64,000 nt of DNA from Oscillospiraceae bacterium. GTDB taxonomy: Bacteria > Bacillota > Clostridia > Oscillospirales > Ruminococcaceae. The stretch spans positions 753,298 through 817,297 of the forward strand of contig CP107208.1 in NCBI GenBank assembly GCA_025758045.1. Direction: 5' to 3'. Below the pieces are notes generated by a model that saw only the letters and a program-made list of their open reading frames with translations, was not told the origin of the DNA and ran no database searches. Shown piece after piece: positions 57,324 through 64,000 of the stretch (positions are counted from its first letter, which is position 1; each line of letters opens with the position of its first letter). The position numbers and the translations under genes were made by a program.

Positions 57324-57600
57324 AAAAAACAGCCTTTGCCTCTTTCGTTCAAAGAGACAAAGGCTGTGAATCAGCTCTCTGCGGTACCACTCTTTTTGGA
57401 GCGCCTGCTCCCACCTCATGGGCTTCCAACAAAGCCCGGCACTGTAACGGGTGCGCCCGTATCCCCCTAATAGGTTTCGTTCGGGTGATCTGCTCCGGGA
57501 TCAGTTCGCAGCTCGTTTCTCCTTCTGCCTTGCACCGACCGGCAGTTCTCTGCAGGGAACGTGACTGTTACTAACTTCCCATCCAAGCATTTAGATTTGT
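57324..57600 (-). promoter_or_regulatory. T-box leader (probable Leu specifier) upstream of ilvBNCD
   Basis: The minus strand has AGAGAA and GGUGCAA stem I motifs and the T-box sequence AAAAAGAGUGGUACCGCAG (57379-57397). A strong terminator, ACAGCCTTTGTCTCTTT...AAAGAGGCAAAGGCTGTTTTTT, follows at 57324-57366. The candidate specifier is CUG-A at 57502-57504. Confidence 0.8.
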
Positions 57601-57605
57601 GTTAA

Positions 57606-57634
57606 ACTATACCGCAATTTTTCAGGGTTGTCAA
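57606..57634 (-). promoter_or_regulatory. Promoter of ilvB T-box leader
   Basis: On the minus strand: TTGACA (57629-57634), 17-nt spacer, TATAGT (57606-57611). Confidence 0.6.
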
Positions 57635-57720
57635 GTTTTTTTGTGGAAATCTTGCAACTTTTTGCGGCGGCGTTTATACTGAGTGTGTAAGTCTCTTTGG
57701 GAAAGGATGATAAAGCGTTT

Positions 57721-58896
57721 ATGCAACGTAAAGATTGGGCCGCCCGTGTGGACGGGCTGGTCGTGTTTCGCGGCCTGCTGCAAAGCGAACCGCTAGCCTC
57801 TCTGCGCGCGGCTCTGGCGGCAGATGCTGCCGGGCTGACCGGCGCGGTGGCCGCCTTTGAAAGCGCCCTGTTTACCCAGGGCACCAACTGGACCGAAGTC
57901 CTGCTGGACGCCGTGCTGGAGGACGAGAATCTCTGCCTGCGCACGGCTGCCGGCGGGGATGCCGGGCCGGTGCTGGAAAAGGCACTGGAAAACGAACTGG
58001 AATTTTTGCAGCAGCTTGGCACTGCTGGGCTGGATGACCTTTGCCCCGAAGCCCCGGCCTTTCTGCCGCGGTGGGAGGTAAGCCATGACGCCAACTATGC
58101 AGCCGCCTACCAGGCGCGCCGCGCGGCCGTGGGCCAGAAGGGCTACGGCATGTTTGCCCGCCACCATGTGTTTACAATCGAGGATGGCCGCCTTGTGCCG
58201 GTGCGCTACCCCGATCCCCAGCGCCTGAGCGAACTGCCCGGCTACGAGCGGGAGCGGGAAAAGGTCATTGCCAACACCCGCGCCCTGCTGGAGAGCAAGC
58301 CCACCAACAATGTGCTGCTGTATGGCGACGCCGGTACGGGCAAATCCAGCACGGTCAAGGCCATTGCCAACGAGTTTGCGCCTGACGGCCTGCGGCTGAT
58401 CGAGGTGAAGAAGAACCAGCTGTACCAGATCCCCGCCCTGATGGACGAGCTGGCGAAGAATCCGCTGAAGTTCATTTTGTTCATCGACGACCTGAGCTTC
58501 TCGGCCAACGACGACAACTTTGCCGCGCTGAAAGCCATTCTGGAGGGCAGCGTGGGCGGCCGCAGCCACAACGTGGCCGTGTACGCCACCAGCAACCGCC
58601 GCCATCTGGTCAAGGAAAGCATGAGCGACCGCAGTGGCGACGACCTGCATGCCGCCGATACCCGTCAGGAGCTGATGAGCCTGGCGGCGCGGTTCGGCCT
58701 GACGGTGACCTTCCAGCAGCCGGATAAAGACCGCTACGACACCATTTTGCTGGAGCTGGCCAAGCAGTACGGCGTGCAGATGCCCAGCGACCAGCTGTTC
58801 ATCAAAGGCCAGGCTTTTGCCCTGCGCGCCGGCGGCCGCAGCCCCCGCGTAGCCAAGCAGTTTGTGGAACTGCTGGCAGCGGGTGTGAAGGTGTAA
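57721..58896 (+). CDS. DUF815-type AAA-family ATP-binding protein
   Basis: Walker A (LLYGDAGTGKSSTVKA) and Walker B (FILFIDDLSF). The start is uncertain: ATG at 57721, or TTG at 57697. Confidence 0.7.
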   Translation: MQRKDWAARVDGLVVFRGLLQSEPLASLRAALAADAAGLTGAVAAFESALFTQGTNWTEVLLDAVLEDENLCLRTAAGGDAGPVLEKALENELEFLQQLGTAGLDDLCPEAPAFLPRWEVSHDANYAAAYQARRAAVGQKGYGMFARHHVFTIEDGRLVPVRYPDPQRLSELPGYEREREKVIANTRALLESKPTNNVLLYGDAGTGKSSTVKAIANEFAPDGLRLIEVKKNQLYQIPALMDELAKNPLKFILFIDDLSFSANDDNFAALKAILEGSVGGRSHNVAVYATSNRRHLVKESMSDRSGDDLHAADTRQELMSLAARFGLTVTFQQPDKDRYDTILLELAKQYGVQMPSDQLFIKGQAFALRAGGRSPRVAKQFVELLAAGVKV

Positions 58897-58946
58897 TGAT
58901 GTGCCCCCTTGCAGAGGGGGCCTTTTTATTTTATAACGCGATTTCT

Positions 58947-59000
58947 GTAGGAGCGGATGCTTGCATCCGCCCGTGGGTCGATGCAAGCATCGACCCCTAC
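58947..59000. repeat. REPIN-like inverted doublet
   Basis: GTAGGAGCGGATGCTTGCATCCGCCC followed by GTGGGTCGATGCAAGCATCGACCCCTAC. The two units are inverted copies of each other. Confidence 0.6.
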
Positions 59001-59015
59001 ATATTTACCTGCACA

Positions 59016-60221
59016 TCACGCTCTCTCCGTCACCAGCTTAAATCCCGCTTCGGTGAGCTTTTGCTTGATCTGCTCGATCTGGGCGGCATCGCGGGTCTCC
59101 AGCCCCAGCTTGAGGAAGCAGCTGGTGATGGCCATGTTGGCATCGCTTCGGTCGTGGTGGACGCTGACCACATTGGCGCCGCAGGCCGAGACAATGTCGC
59201 TGACCAGGCTCAGCTGGCCGGGCTTGTCCTCCAGGGCGATCATCAGGTTGGTCTTGCGGCCACTCATGACCATACCGCGGGTGATAACGCGGGACAGGAT
59301 GTTCACATCGATGTTGCCGCCGGAGATCAGGCAGACGGTCTTTTTGCCTGCCAGCGGCAGCTTGTTGAACAGTGCGGCCGCCACCGGCGTGGCACCGGCC
59401 CCCTCGGCCACCAGCTTCTGGTTCTCCATCAGCGCCAGGATGGCCGCGGCGATCTCGTCCTCGCTGACCGTGACCACGTCATCCACGTACTGGCTGACCA
59501 TCTCATAGGTGGTCTCGCCGGGCGTCTTGACCGCGATGCCGTCGGCGAAGGTGTCTACGTGGTCCAGCGTCTCGTACTTGTGGTCGTGGAAGGCGTGCTC
59601 CATGCTGGGGGCACCGGCAGCCTGCACACCGTAGACCTTGACCTCGGGGCGCAGGCTCTTGATGGCGAAAGCCACGCCGGAGATCAGGCCGCCGCCGCCG
59701 ATGGGCACGATGACCGCATCCACATCGGGCAGCTGGTCCAGGATCTCCAGGCCGATGGTGCCCTGGCCCGCGATGACCAGCTCGTCATCGTAGGGGTGGA
59801 TGAAGGTCATGCCAGTCTCCTGCTGGAGCTCGACGGCGCGGTCGTGGGCGTCGTCGTAGGTACCCTTGACCAGCTCTACCTCCGCGCCCAGGCGCTTGGT
59901 GCTTTCCACTTTCATAATAGGGGCACCGTCGGGCATGCAGACCACACTTTTAATGCCCATGCTGGTGGCGGCCAGCGCCACGCCCTGGGCATGGTTGCCG
60001 GCCGAGCAGGCGATCACGCCCTTGGCGCGTTCTTCCTCGCTCAGCTGGCTGATTTTATAGTAGGCACCGCGGACCTTGAAGCTGCCGGTCACCTGCAGGT
60101 TTTCGGTCTTCAAGTAGAGATCTGTGCCGGGGCAAAGCCGGGGCGCGGCGATCAGGTCGGTCTTGCGGGCGACTTTTTTCAGTACGAATTTGGCGTGGTA
60201 GATCTTGTCCAGTGTCAGCAT
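59016..60221 (-). CDS. ilvA: Threonine ammonia-lyase (threonine dehydratase) with C-terminal ACT-like domain
   Basis: PLP motif (QVTGSFKVRGA) and GGGGL; 401 aa. Confidence 0.9.
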   Translation of the reverse strand: MLTLDKIYHAKFVLKKVARKTDLIAAPRLCPGTDLYLKTENLQVTGSFKVRGAYYKISQLSEEERAKGVIACSAGNHAQGVALAATSMGIKSVVCMPDGAPIMKVESTKRLGAEVELVKGTYDDAHDRAVELQQETGMTFIHPYDDELVIAGQGTIGLEILDQLPDVDAVIVPIGGGGLISGVAFAIKSLRPEVKVYGVQAAGAPSMEHAFHDHKYETLDHVDTFADGIAVKTPGETTYEMVSQYVDDVVTVSEDEIAAAILALMENQKLVAEGAGATPVAAALFNKLPLAGKKTVCLISGGNIDVNILSRVITRGMVMSGRKTNLMIALEDKPGQLSLVSDIVSACGANVVSVHHDRSDANMAITSCFLKLGLETRDAAQIEQIKQKLTEAGFKLVTERA

Positions 60222-60313
60222 TGGGCTGCTCCCCCTTGAAATTGCAATAGTTCAGCCCGACCCTGCGTACAGGATCGGGCATCGGCTGCACCGTTGCAGC
60301 TGTGATATACTTG

Positions 60314-60342
60314 ATTATAGTTGAGTTTTACTAATTTGTAAA
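60314..60342 (-). promoter_or_regulatory. Putative ilvA promoter
   Basis: On the minus strand: TTTACA (60337-60342), 17-nt spacer, TATAAT (60314-60319). Confidence 0.5.
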
Positions 60343-60505
60343 GTGAATAATTTTCATGTTTAAATGTTATTGGCACCGTTCACAAGAATCTTTTCGCATC
60401 TTTGTGGAATATTGCTAATTTTCCAGCCTTGACAAACGCGCTATAATAAAAAAAAGGAAATAAGGCAAAAAACATCCGCTTTGGCGGTAAGGAGGATTCA
60501 CTTTT

Positions 60506-61351
60506 ATGGACATCCGCTATTCCTGCAATCAGCGCGATTTTAAGCGCTACACCACCGAGGAAGTCCGCGATGAAATGCTGATTACCGGCCTGTACAAGGC
60601 TGATGAGGTCGTGGCCGTTTACAGCCACGTGGACCGCATGGTCACCCTGGGCTGCATGCCTGTACATGAAGAAGTTTCCATCGACAAGGGCATCGACATC
60701 TGGGCCAACTTCGGCACCCATTACTTCCTGGAGCGCCGCGAGATCGGCATCTTCAACATTGGTGACGGCTCCGGCACCATCACGGCCGACGGTGTGGAAT
60801 ATCACCTGAATGTCAAAGACTGCCTGTACATTACCCAGGGCACCCAGAAGGTCACCTTCAAGAGCGATGACTCCGAGCATCCCGCCAAGTTCTACATGGT
60901 CTCCGCCCCGGCACACTGCCGCTACGAGACCAAGCTGATCACCCTGGAGCAGGCCGCCAAGCGTCCCCTGGGCAGCCTGGAGACCTGCAACAAGCGCACC
61001 ATCAACCAGTTCATCCATCCCAGCGTGCTGAAGACCTGCCAGCTGTCCATGGGCATGACCTGCCTGGAGCCGGGCAGCAACTGGAACACCATGCCCAGCC
61101 ACACCCATGAGCGCCGCATGGAGATCTACACCTACTTCGACCTGCCGGATGACCAGGTGGTCTTCCATATGTGCGGCGAGCCGCAGCAGACCCGTCACAT
61201 CGTGATGCACAACTACGACGCTGTTATCAGCCCGTCCTGGAGCATCCACAGCGGTGTCGGCACCTCGAACTACACCTTTATCTGGGCCATGGGCGGCGAG
61301 AACCAGGAGTTCGATGATATGGACAACATCGCCACCACCGACCTGCGCTAA
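60506..61351 (+). CDS. kduI: 5-dehydro-4-deoxy-D-glucuronate isomerase
   Basis: 281 aa cupin. MDIRYSCNQRDFKRYTTEE and HTHERRMEIYTYF are typical of KduI. Confidence 0.9.
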   Translation: MDIRYSCNQRDFKRYTTEEVRDEMLITGLYKADEVVAVYSHVDRMVTLGCMPVHEEVSIDKGIDIWANFGTHYFLERREIGIFNIGDGSGTITADGVEYHLNVKDCLYITQGTQKVTFKSDDSEHPAKFYMVSAPAHCRYETKLITLEQAAKRPLGSLETCNKRTINQFIHPSVLKTCQLSMGMTCLEPGSNWNTMPSHTHERRMEIYTYFDLPDDQVVFHMCGEPQQTRHIVMHNYDAVISPSWSIHSGVGTSNYTFIWAMGGENQEFDDMDNIATTDLR

Positions 61352-61474
61352 ACGCAACGATTTTGCGGTAGTTTTGCTGCAAAAATGTGCGCATTTTGCG
61401 CAACTGCTTTTGTTTCCCGCGTCTGCCCCGCAGGCGTTTCGGATATTTTTATTGAATTTTAGGAGGTTTTAAAC

Positions 61475-62284
61475 ATGTCTGTTTGCACCCCGAAATCTTT
61501 TGATCTGACCGGCAAGGTCGCCCTGATCACCGGCGCTTCCTACGGCATCGGTTTTGCTATTGCTACCGCTATGGCCAACAACGGCGCCACCATCGTTTTC
61601 AACGACATCAAACAGGAGCTGGTCGATAAGGGCCTGGCCGCCTACAAAGAGGCCGGCATTGATGCCCACGGCTATGTCTGCGACGTCACCAACGAGGACG
61701 CTGTCAAGGCACTCGTCAAGCAGGTTACCGAGGAAGTTGGTCACATCAACATTCTGGTCAACAACGCCGGTATCATCAAGCGTATCCCGATGACTGAGAT
61801 GAGCGCTGCTCAGTTCCGTCAGGTCATCGACGTTGACCTGAACGCCCCGTTCATCGTGGCCAAGTCCGTTATCCCTGACATGATCGAGCAGGGCGGCGGT
61901 AAGATTATCAACATCTGCTCTATGATGAGCGAGCTGGGCCGTGAGACTGTCTCCGCCTACGCTGCTGCTAAGGGCGGCCTGAAGATGCTGACCAAGAACA
62001 TCGCTTCCGAGTACGGCCAGTACAATATCCAGTGCAACGGCATTGGACCTGGCTACATTGCTACCCCGCAGACCGCACCGCTGCGTGAGATCCAGCCGGA
62101 CGGCAGCCGTCATCCGTTTGACCAGTTCATCGTTGCCAAGACCCCCGCTGGCCGCTGGGGCAATGCCGAGGATCTGGGCGGCCCCGCCGTCTTCCTGGCA
62201 TCTGAGGCCTCTGACTTTGTCAACGGCCTGATCCTCTACGTCGATGGCGGCATCCTGGCCTACATCGGCAAGCAGCCGGGGTAA
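61475..62284 (+). CDS. kduD: SDR oxidoreductase, KduD/gluconate 5-dehydrogenase type
   Basis: TGASYGIG, NNAG and YAAAKGG SDR motifs. It is adjacent to kduI. Confidence 0.8.
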   Translation: MSVCTPKSFDLTGKVALITGASYGIGFAIATAMANNGATIVFNDIKQELVDKGLAAYKEAGIDAHGYVCDVTNEDAVKALVKQVTEEVGHINILVNNAGIIKRIPMTEMSAAQFRQVIDVDLNAPFIVAKSVIPDMIEQGGGKIINICSMMSELGRETVSAYAAAKGGLKMLTKNIASEYGQYNIQCNGIGPGYIATPQTAPLREIQPDGSRHPFDQFIVAKTPAGRWGNAEDLGGPAVFLASEASDFVNGLILYVDGGILAYIGKQPG

Positions 62285-62290
62285 CTTTCT

Positions 62291-62331
62291 CTTACTTTCT
62301 TTGAAAAGAAAGTAAGCAAAGAAACTTTAAT
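62291..62331 (+). repeat. Post-stop hairpin module, copy 3 (after kduD)
   Basis: Stem CTTACTTTCTT / AAGAAAGTAAG plus the tail CAAAGAAACTTTAAT. It starts 6 nt after the stop. Confidence 0.5.
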
Positions 62332-62511
62332 ATAGGGCAATACTGCATAATTCTAAGTGCCGATACGGCGAGCGAGGTGCGGCAGCTGCTAAGCCAAAAG
62401 CGCAGATAATACTTTGTGTATTATCGAGCATTTTGGCAACGCAGATGCCGTGCCGCAGCCGCCGGAGCGGTGCTTAAGCCGTTAGGCGGGAATTGTGCGG
62501 TGTTGCCATAG
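62332..62511 (+). mobile_element. MITE-like hairpin element, copy E (172-nt core 62336-62507, TSD ATAG/ATAG)
   Basis: Nearly identical to copy D. It is flanked by ATAG at 62332-62335 and 62508-62511. Confidence 0.8.
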
Positions 62512-62517
62512 GCATAC

Positions 62518-62556
62518 CAAAAAGAGGATGCAACTGGAAGGTTGCATCCTCTTTTA
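62518..62556. terminator. Bidirectional terminator
   Basis: Perfect 14-bp stem AAAGAGGATGCAAC / GTTGCATCCTCTTT. Confidence 0.7.
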
Positions 62557-62642
62557 TTTGTTAAAACGCTTTGTAGGGCGAGCTCGTGGCCGTTTGCCAT
62601 GTAAAAAACTTTTCCGGGAAACGTGTTGTTTCGCCAAGTTTG

Positions 62643-62666
62643 CGGGCGACCAATGGTCACCCCTAC
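62643..62666. repeat. REP-like half unit ending CCCCTAC
   Basis: GGGCGACC-AA-TGGTCACCC hairpin followed by CTAC. Confidence 0.4.
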
Positions 62667-62675
62667 ATTTTCCGC

Positions 62676-63548
62676 TTAGCCGATCTCAATGCTCCAAGCG
62701 AAAGTCTTGCTCTTGCCGGGGTTCAGCTGCTCGTGGCGGCCTTCCTCATTGACGGAGTTGGCCCAGCCGTTCCAGGGTTCCATGCAGACGAAGCTCTCGG
62801 CGTTCTGCTGCCAGAGGACACCCTTGCCGAAGGCAGCCTCATCAAAGGCGACCGTGACCTTATGGCCATTGCCGGAATCGGTCAGCACCATGGGGCTCTT
62901 CACGCCGGTCAGCAGGCGGATGGAATCCGCGGCATCATCCTTTTTGGTCAGGGTGATCTGGGCGGGGGCGGCGGGCTGATTGCCCTTGGCGTTCTCGCTG
63001 CAGGTGGCAGCGGTGATGTCGAAGCTGACATTTTCCAGCTTGGTCACACCAAAATAGGGATGGAAGCCAACGCTGAACGGCATCGGCTTATCGCCGGTGT
63101 TCTTCACGGTCAGGGCCAGGCCCGCCTTGCTGCCTGCCAGGGTGTAGCGCATGGTCAGAGCAAAATCAAACGGGTAGACGAACTTGGTCAGGCCGTTGGG
63201 GGTCAGGGACAGCTCGATGGCGTCCTCGGTGGCGGACTTGACCTGCCAGGGCAGCAGGTCGGCCAGGCCGTGGACCTCGATGGGATGATCGGCACCGCCG
63301 AAGTGATGCGCGCCGCCATCCGGCTTGCCGCAGTTGGGGAACAGGATGGGCACGCCGCAGCGGGGACGGTCGGTGGATTCAAAGTTCTTGTCACGCAGCC
63401 AGAGATACTCCTCGCCGGCCTTGGTGAAAGACGTTGCCATGCCGCCCTTTTCCGGTGTGACGGTCAGGGCATAGTCGCCATCCGTCAGGGTCAGGGTCTT
63501 GTAGTTGACGCCATACTTCTCGTAGACGCCCTCGGTCAATTTAGCCAT
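62676..63548 (-). CDS. Aldose 1-epimerase family protein
   Basis: 290 aa. The motifs GVPILFPNCG, HGL and GFHPYF are typical of mutarotase-fold proteins. Confidence 0.8.
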   Translation of the reverse strand: MAKLTEGVYEKYGVNYKTLTLTDGDYALTVTPEKGGMATSFTKAGEEYLWLRDKNFESTDRPRCGVPILFPNCGKPDGGAHHFGGADHPIEVHGLADLLPWQVKSATEDAIELSLTPNGLTKFVYPFDFALTMRYTLAGSKAGLALTVKNTGDKPMPFSVGFHPYFGVTKLENVSFDITAATCSENAKGNQPAAPAQITLTKKDDAADSIRLLTGVKSPMVLTDSGNGHKVTVAFDEAAFGKGVLWQQNAESFVCMEPWNGWANSVNEEGRHEQLNPGKSKTFAWSIEIG

Positions 63549-63627
63549 ATTACAACCTTCTATTCAACCCATCGCGCACTTTCCCGTGTCATATCCCGCT
63601 TGGTTTTACGCTTTTGGGCATTTTATA

Positions 63628-63807
63628 TTAAGGCAACACCGCACAATTCCCGCTTTACAGCTTAAGCACCGCTGCTACGGCTGCGAAGCACAATCTGCGT
63701 TGCAAAAATGCTCGATAATACACAAAGTATTATCTGCGCTTTTTGCTTAGCAGCTTGTACTTCTCGCTCGCCGCATCGGCACTTAGAATTATGCGGTGTT
63801 GCCTTAA
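63628..63807 (-). mobile_element. MITE-like hairpin element, copy F (172-nt core 63632-63803, TSD TTAA/TTAA)
   Basis: A diverged copy in reverse orientation. It is flanked by TTAA at 63628-63631 and 63804-63807. The arms carry paired compensatory substitutions. Confidence 0.75.
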
Positions 63808-63842
63808 AAGTTTCTTCGGTTTCTTCTTTTCAAAGAAGGAAC
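63805..63842 (-). repeat. Post-stop hairpin module, copy 4 (after uxaA-like gene)
   Basis: Stem GTTCCTTCTT / AAGAAGAAAC on the minus strand, plus the tail CGAAGAAACTTTTAA. Confidence 0.5.
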
Positions 63843-63855
63843 ATAACCCCCGTAA

Positions 63856-64000
63856 TCAAAGCACGACGCCGTCCTTGAAGATGGAGATCTCGCGGAAGCC
63901 CTTCTTCTCGGCGCAGGTCTGCTTGCCGGAAGCAACATCCAGCACCAGCTGGTACAGGTCAGCGCCAGCCTCGTCCAGGGTACGCTCGCCGTCCGCGACC
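63856..64000 (-). CDS. uxaA: Altronate dehydratase (UxaA family), C-terminal fragment (5' part outside window)
   Basis: The minus-strand frame is open from the window edge and ends ...KKGFREISIFKDGVVL with a stop at 63856-63858, which is a UxaA-like C-terminus. It is not in the ORF track because there is no start codon inside the window. Confidence 0.55.
   Translation of the reverse strand, partial: VADGERTLDEAGADLYQLVLDVASGKQTCAEKKGFREISIFKDGVVL

Noticed and set aside
60320-60335. GTTGAG-TTTT-ACTAAT as a further copy of the GTTAGT-N4-ACTAAC operator.
   Set aside because: It matches only 12 of 16 positions, and the left half-site is not palindromic with the right. It lies inside the AT-rich spacer of the ilvA promoter, where such matches arise by chance. 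I kept it only as a weak note.
60429-60447. Apparent perfect promoter hexamers TTGACA and TATAAT upstream of kduI.
   Set aside because: They are separated by only 7 nt, so they cannot act together as a sigma-70 type -35/-10 pair. The real kduI promoter remains unassigned.

Overview
This is a high-GC, gene-dense chromosomal segment of a Firmicute. By gene content and style it looks Clostridia/Oscillospiraceae, Faecalibacterium-like, but that is inference only. It is almost entirely housekeeping genes, most on the minus strand. I found no rRNA, tRNA, CRISPR array, transposase or prophage genes.

**Main gene blocks**
- nrdG and nrdD (divergent)
- yhbY-nadD-yqeK-LCP-rsfS-leuS
- plsX-rnc-smc-ftsY-rdgB
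- dprA-topA-trmFO
- infC-rpmI-rplT
- murI, ddl, a DUF1934 gene and argS
- a CydDC-type ABC exporter
- a flavodoxin/DUF3793 pair
- a perR-like regulator divergent from rubrerythrin
- a BMP-family nucleoside ABC transporter
- folT, asnB, a two-gene sufC/sufB-like pair, ilvBNCD, ilvA and kduI/kduD

**Regulatory RNAs supported by sequence**
- a THF riboswitch upstream of folT
- an Asn-type T-box upstream of asnB
- a Leu-type T-box upstream of ilvB
- an L20-leader-like attenuator upstream of infC, which appears to use a non-AUG start

**Most unusual content: the intergenic repeats**
- Six copies of a 172-nt rod-like hairpin element, two of them longer variants. They have terminal inverted repeats and perfect 4-bp NTAR flanking duplications, so they behave like MITEs. 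They also show compensatory substitutions and G-U pairs on one strand only.
- A family of GTAG...CTAC palindromes that resemble REP/REPIN elements.
- A hairpin module with covarying stems placed just after four stop codons.

A low-GC vanZ islet and a repeated GTTAGT-N4-ACTAAC operator candidate are also worth a second look.
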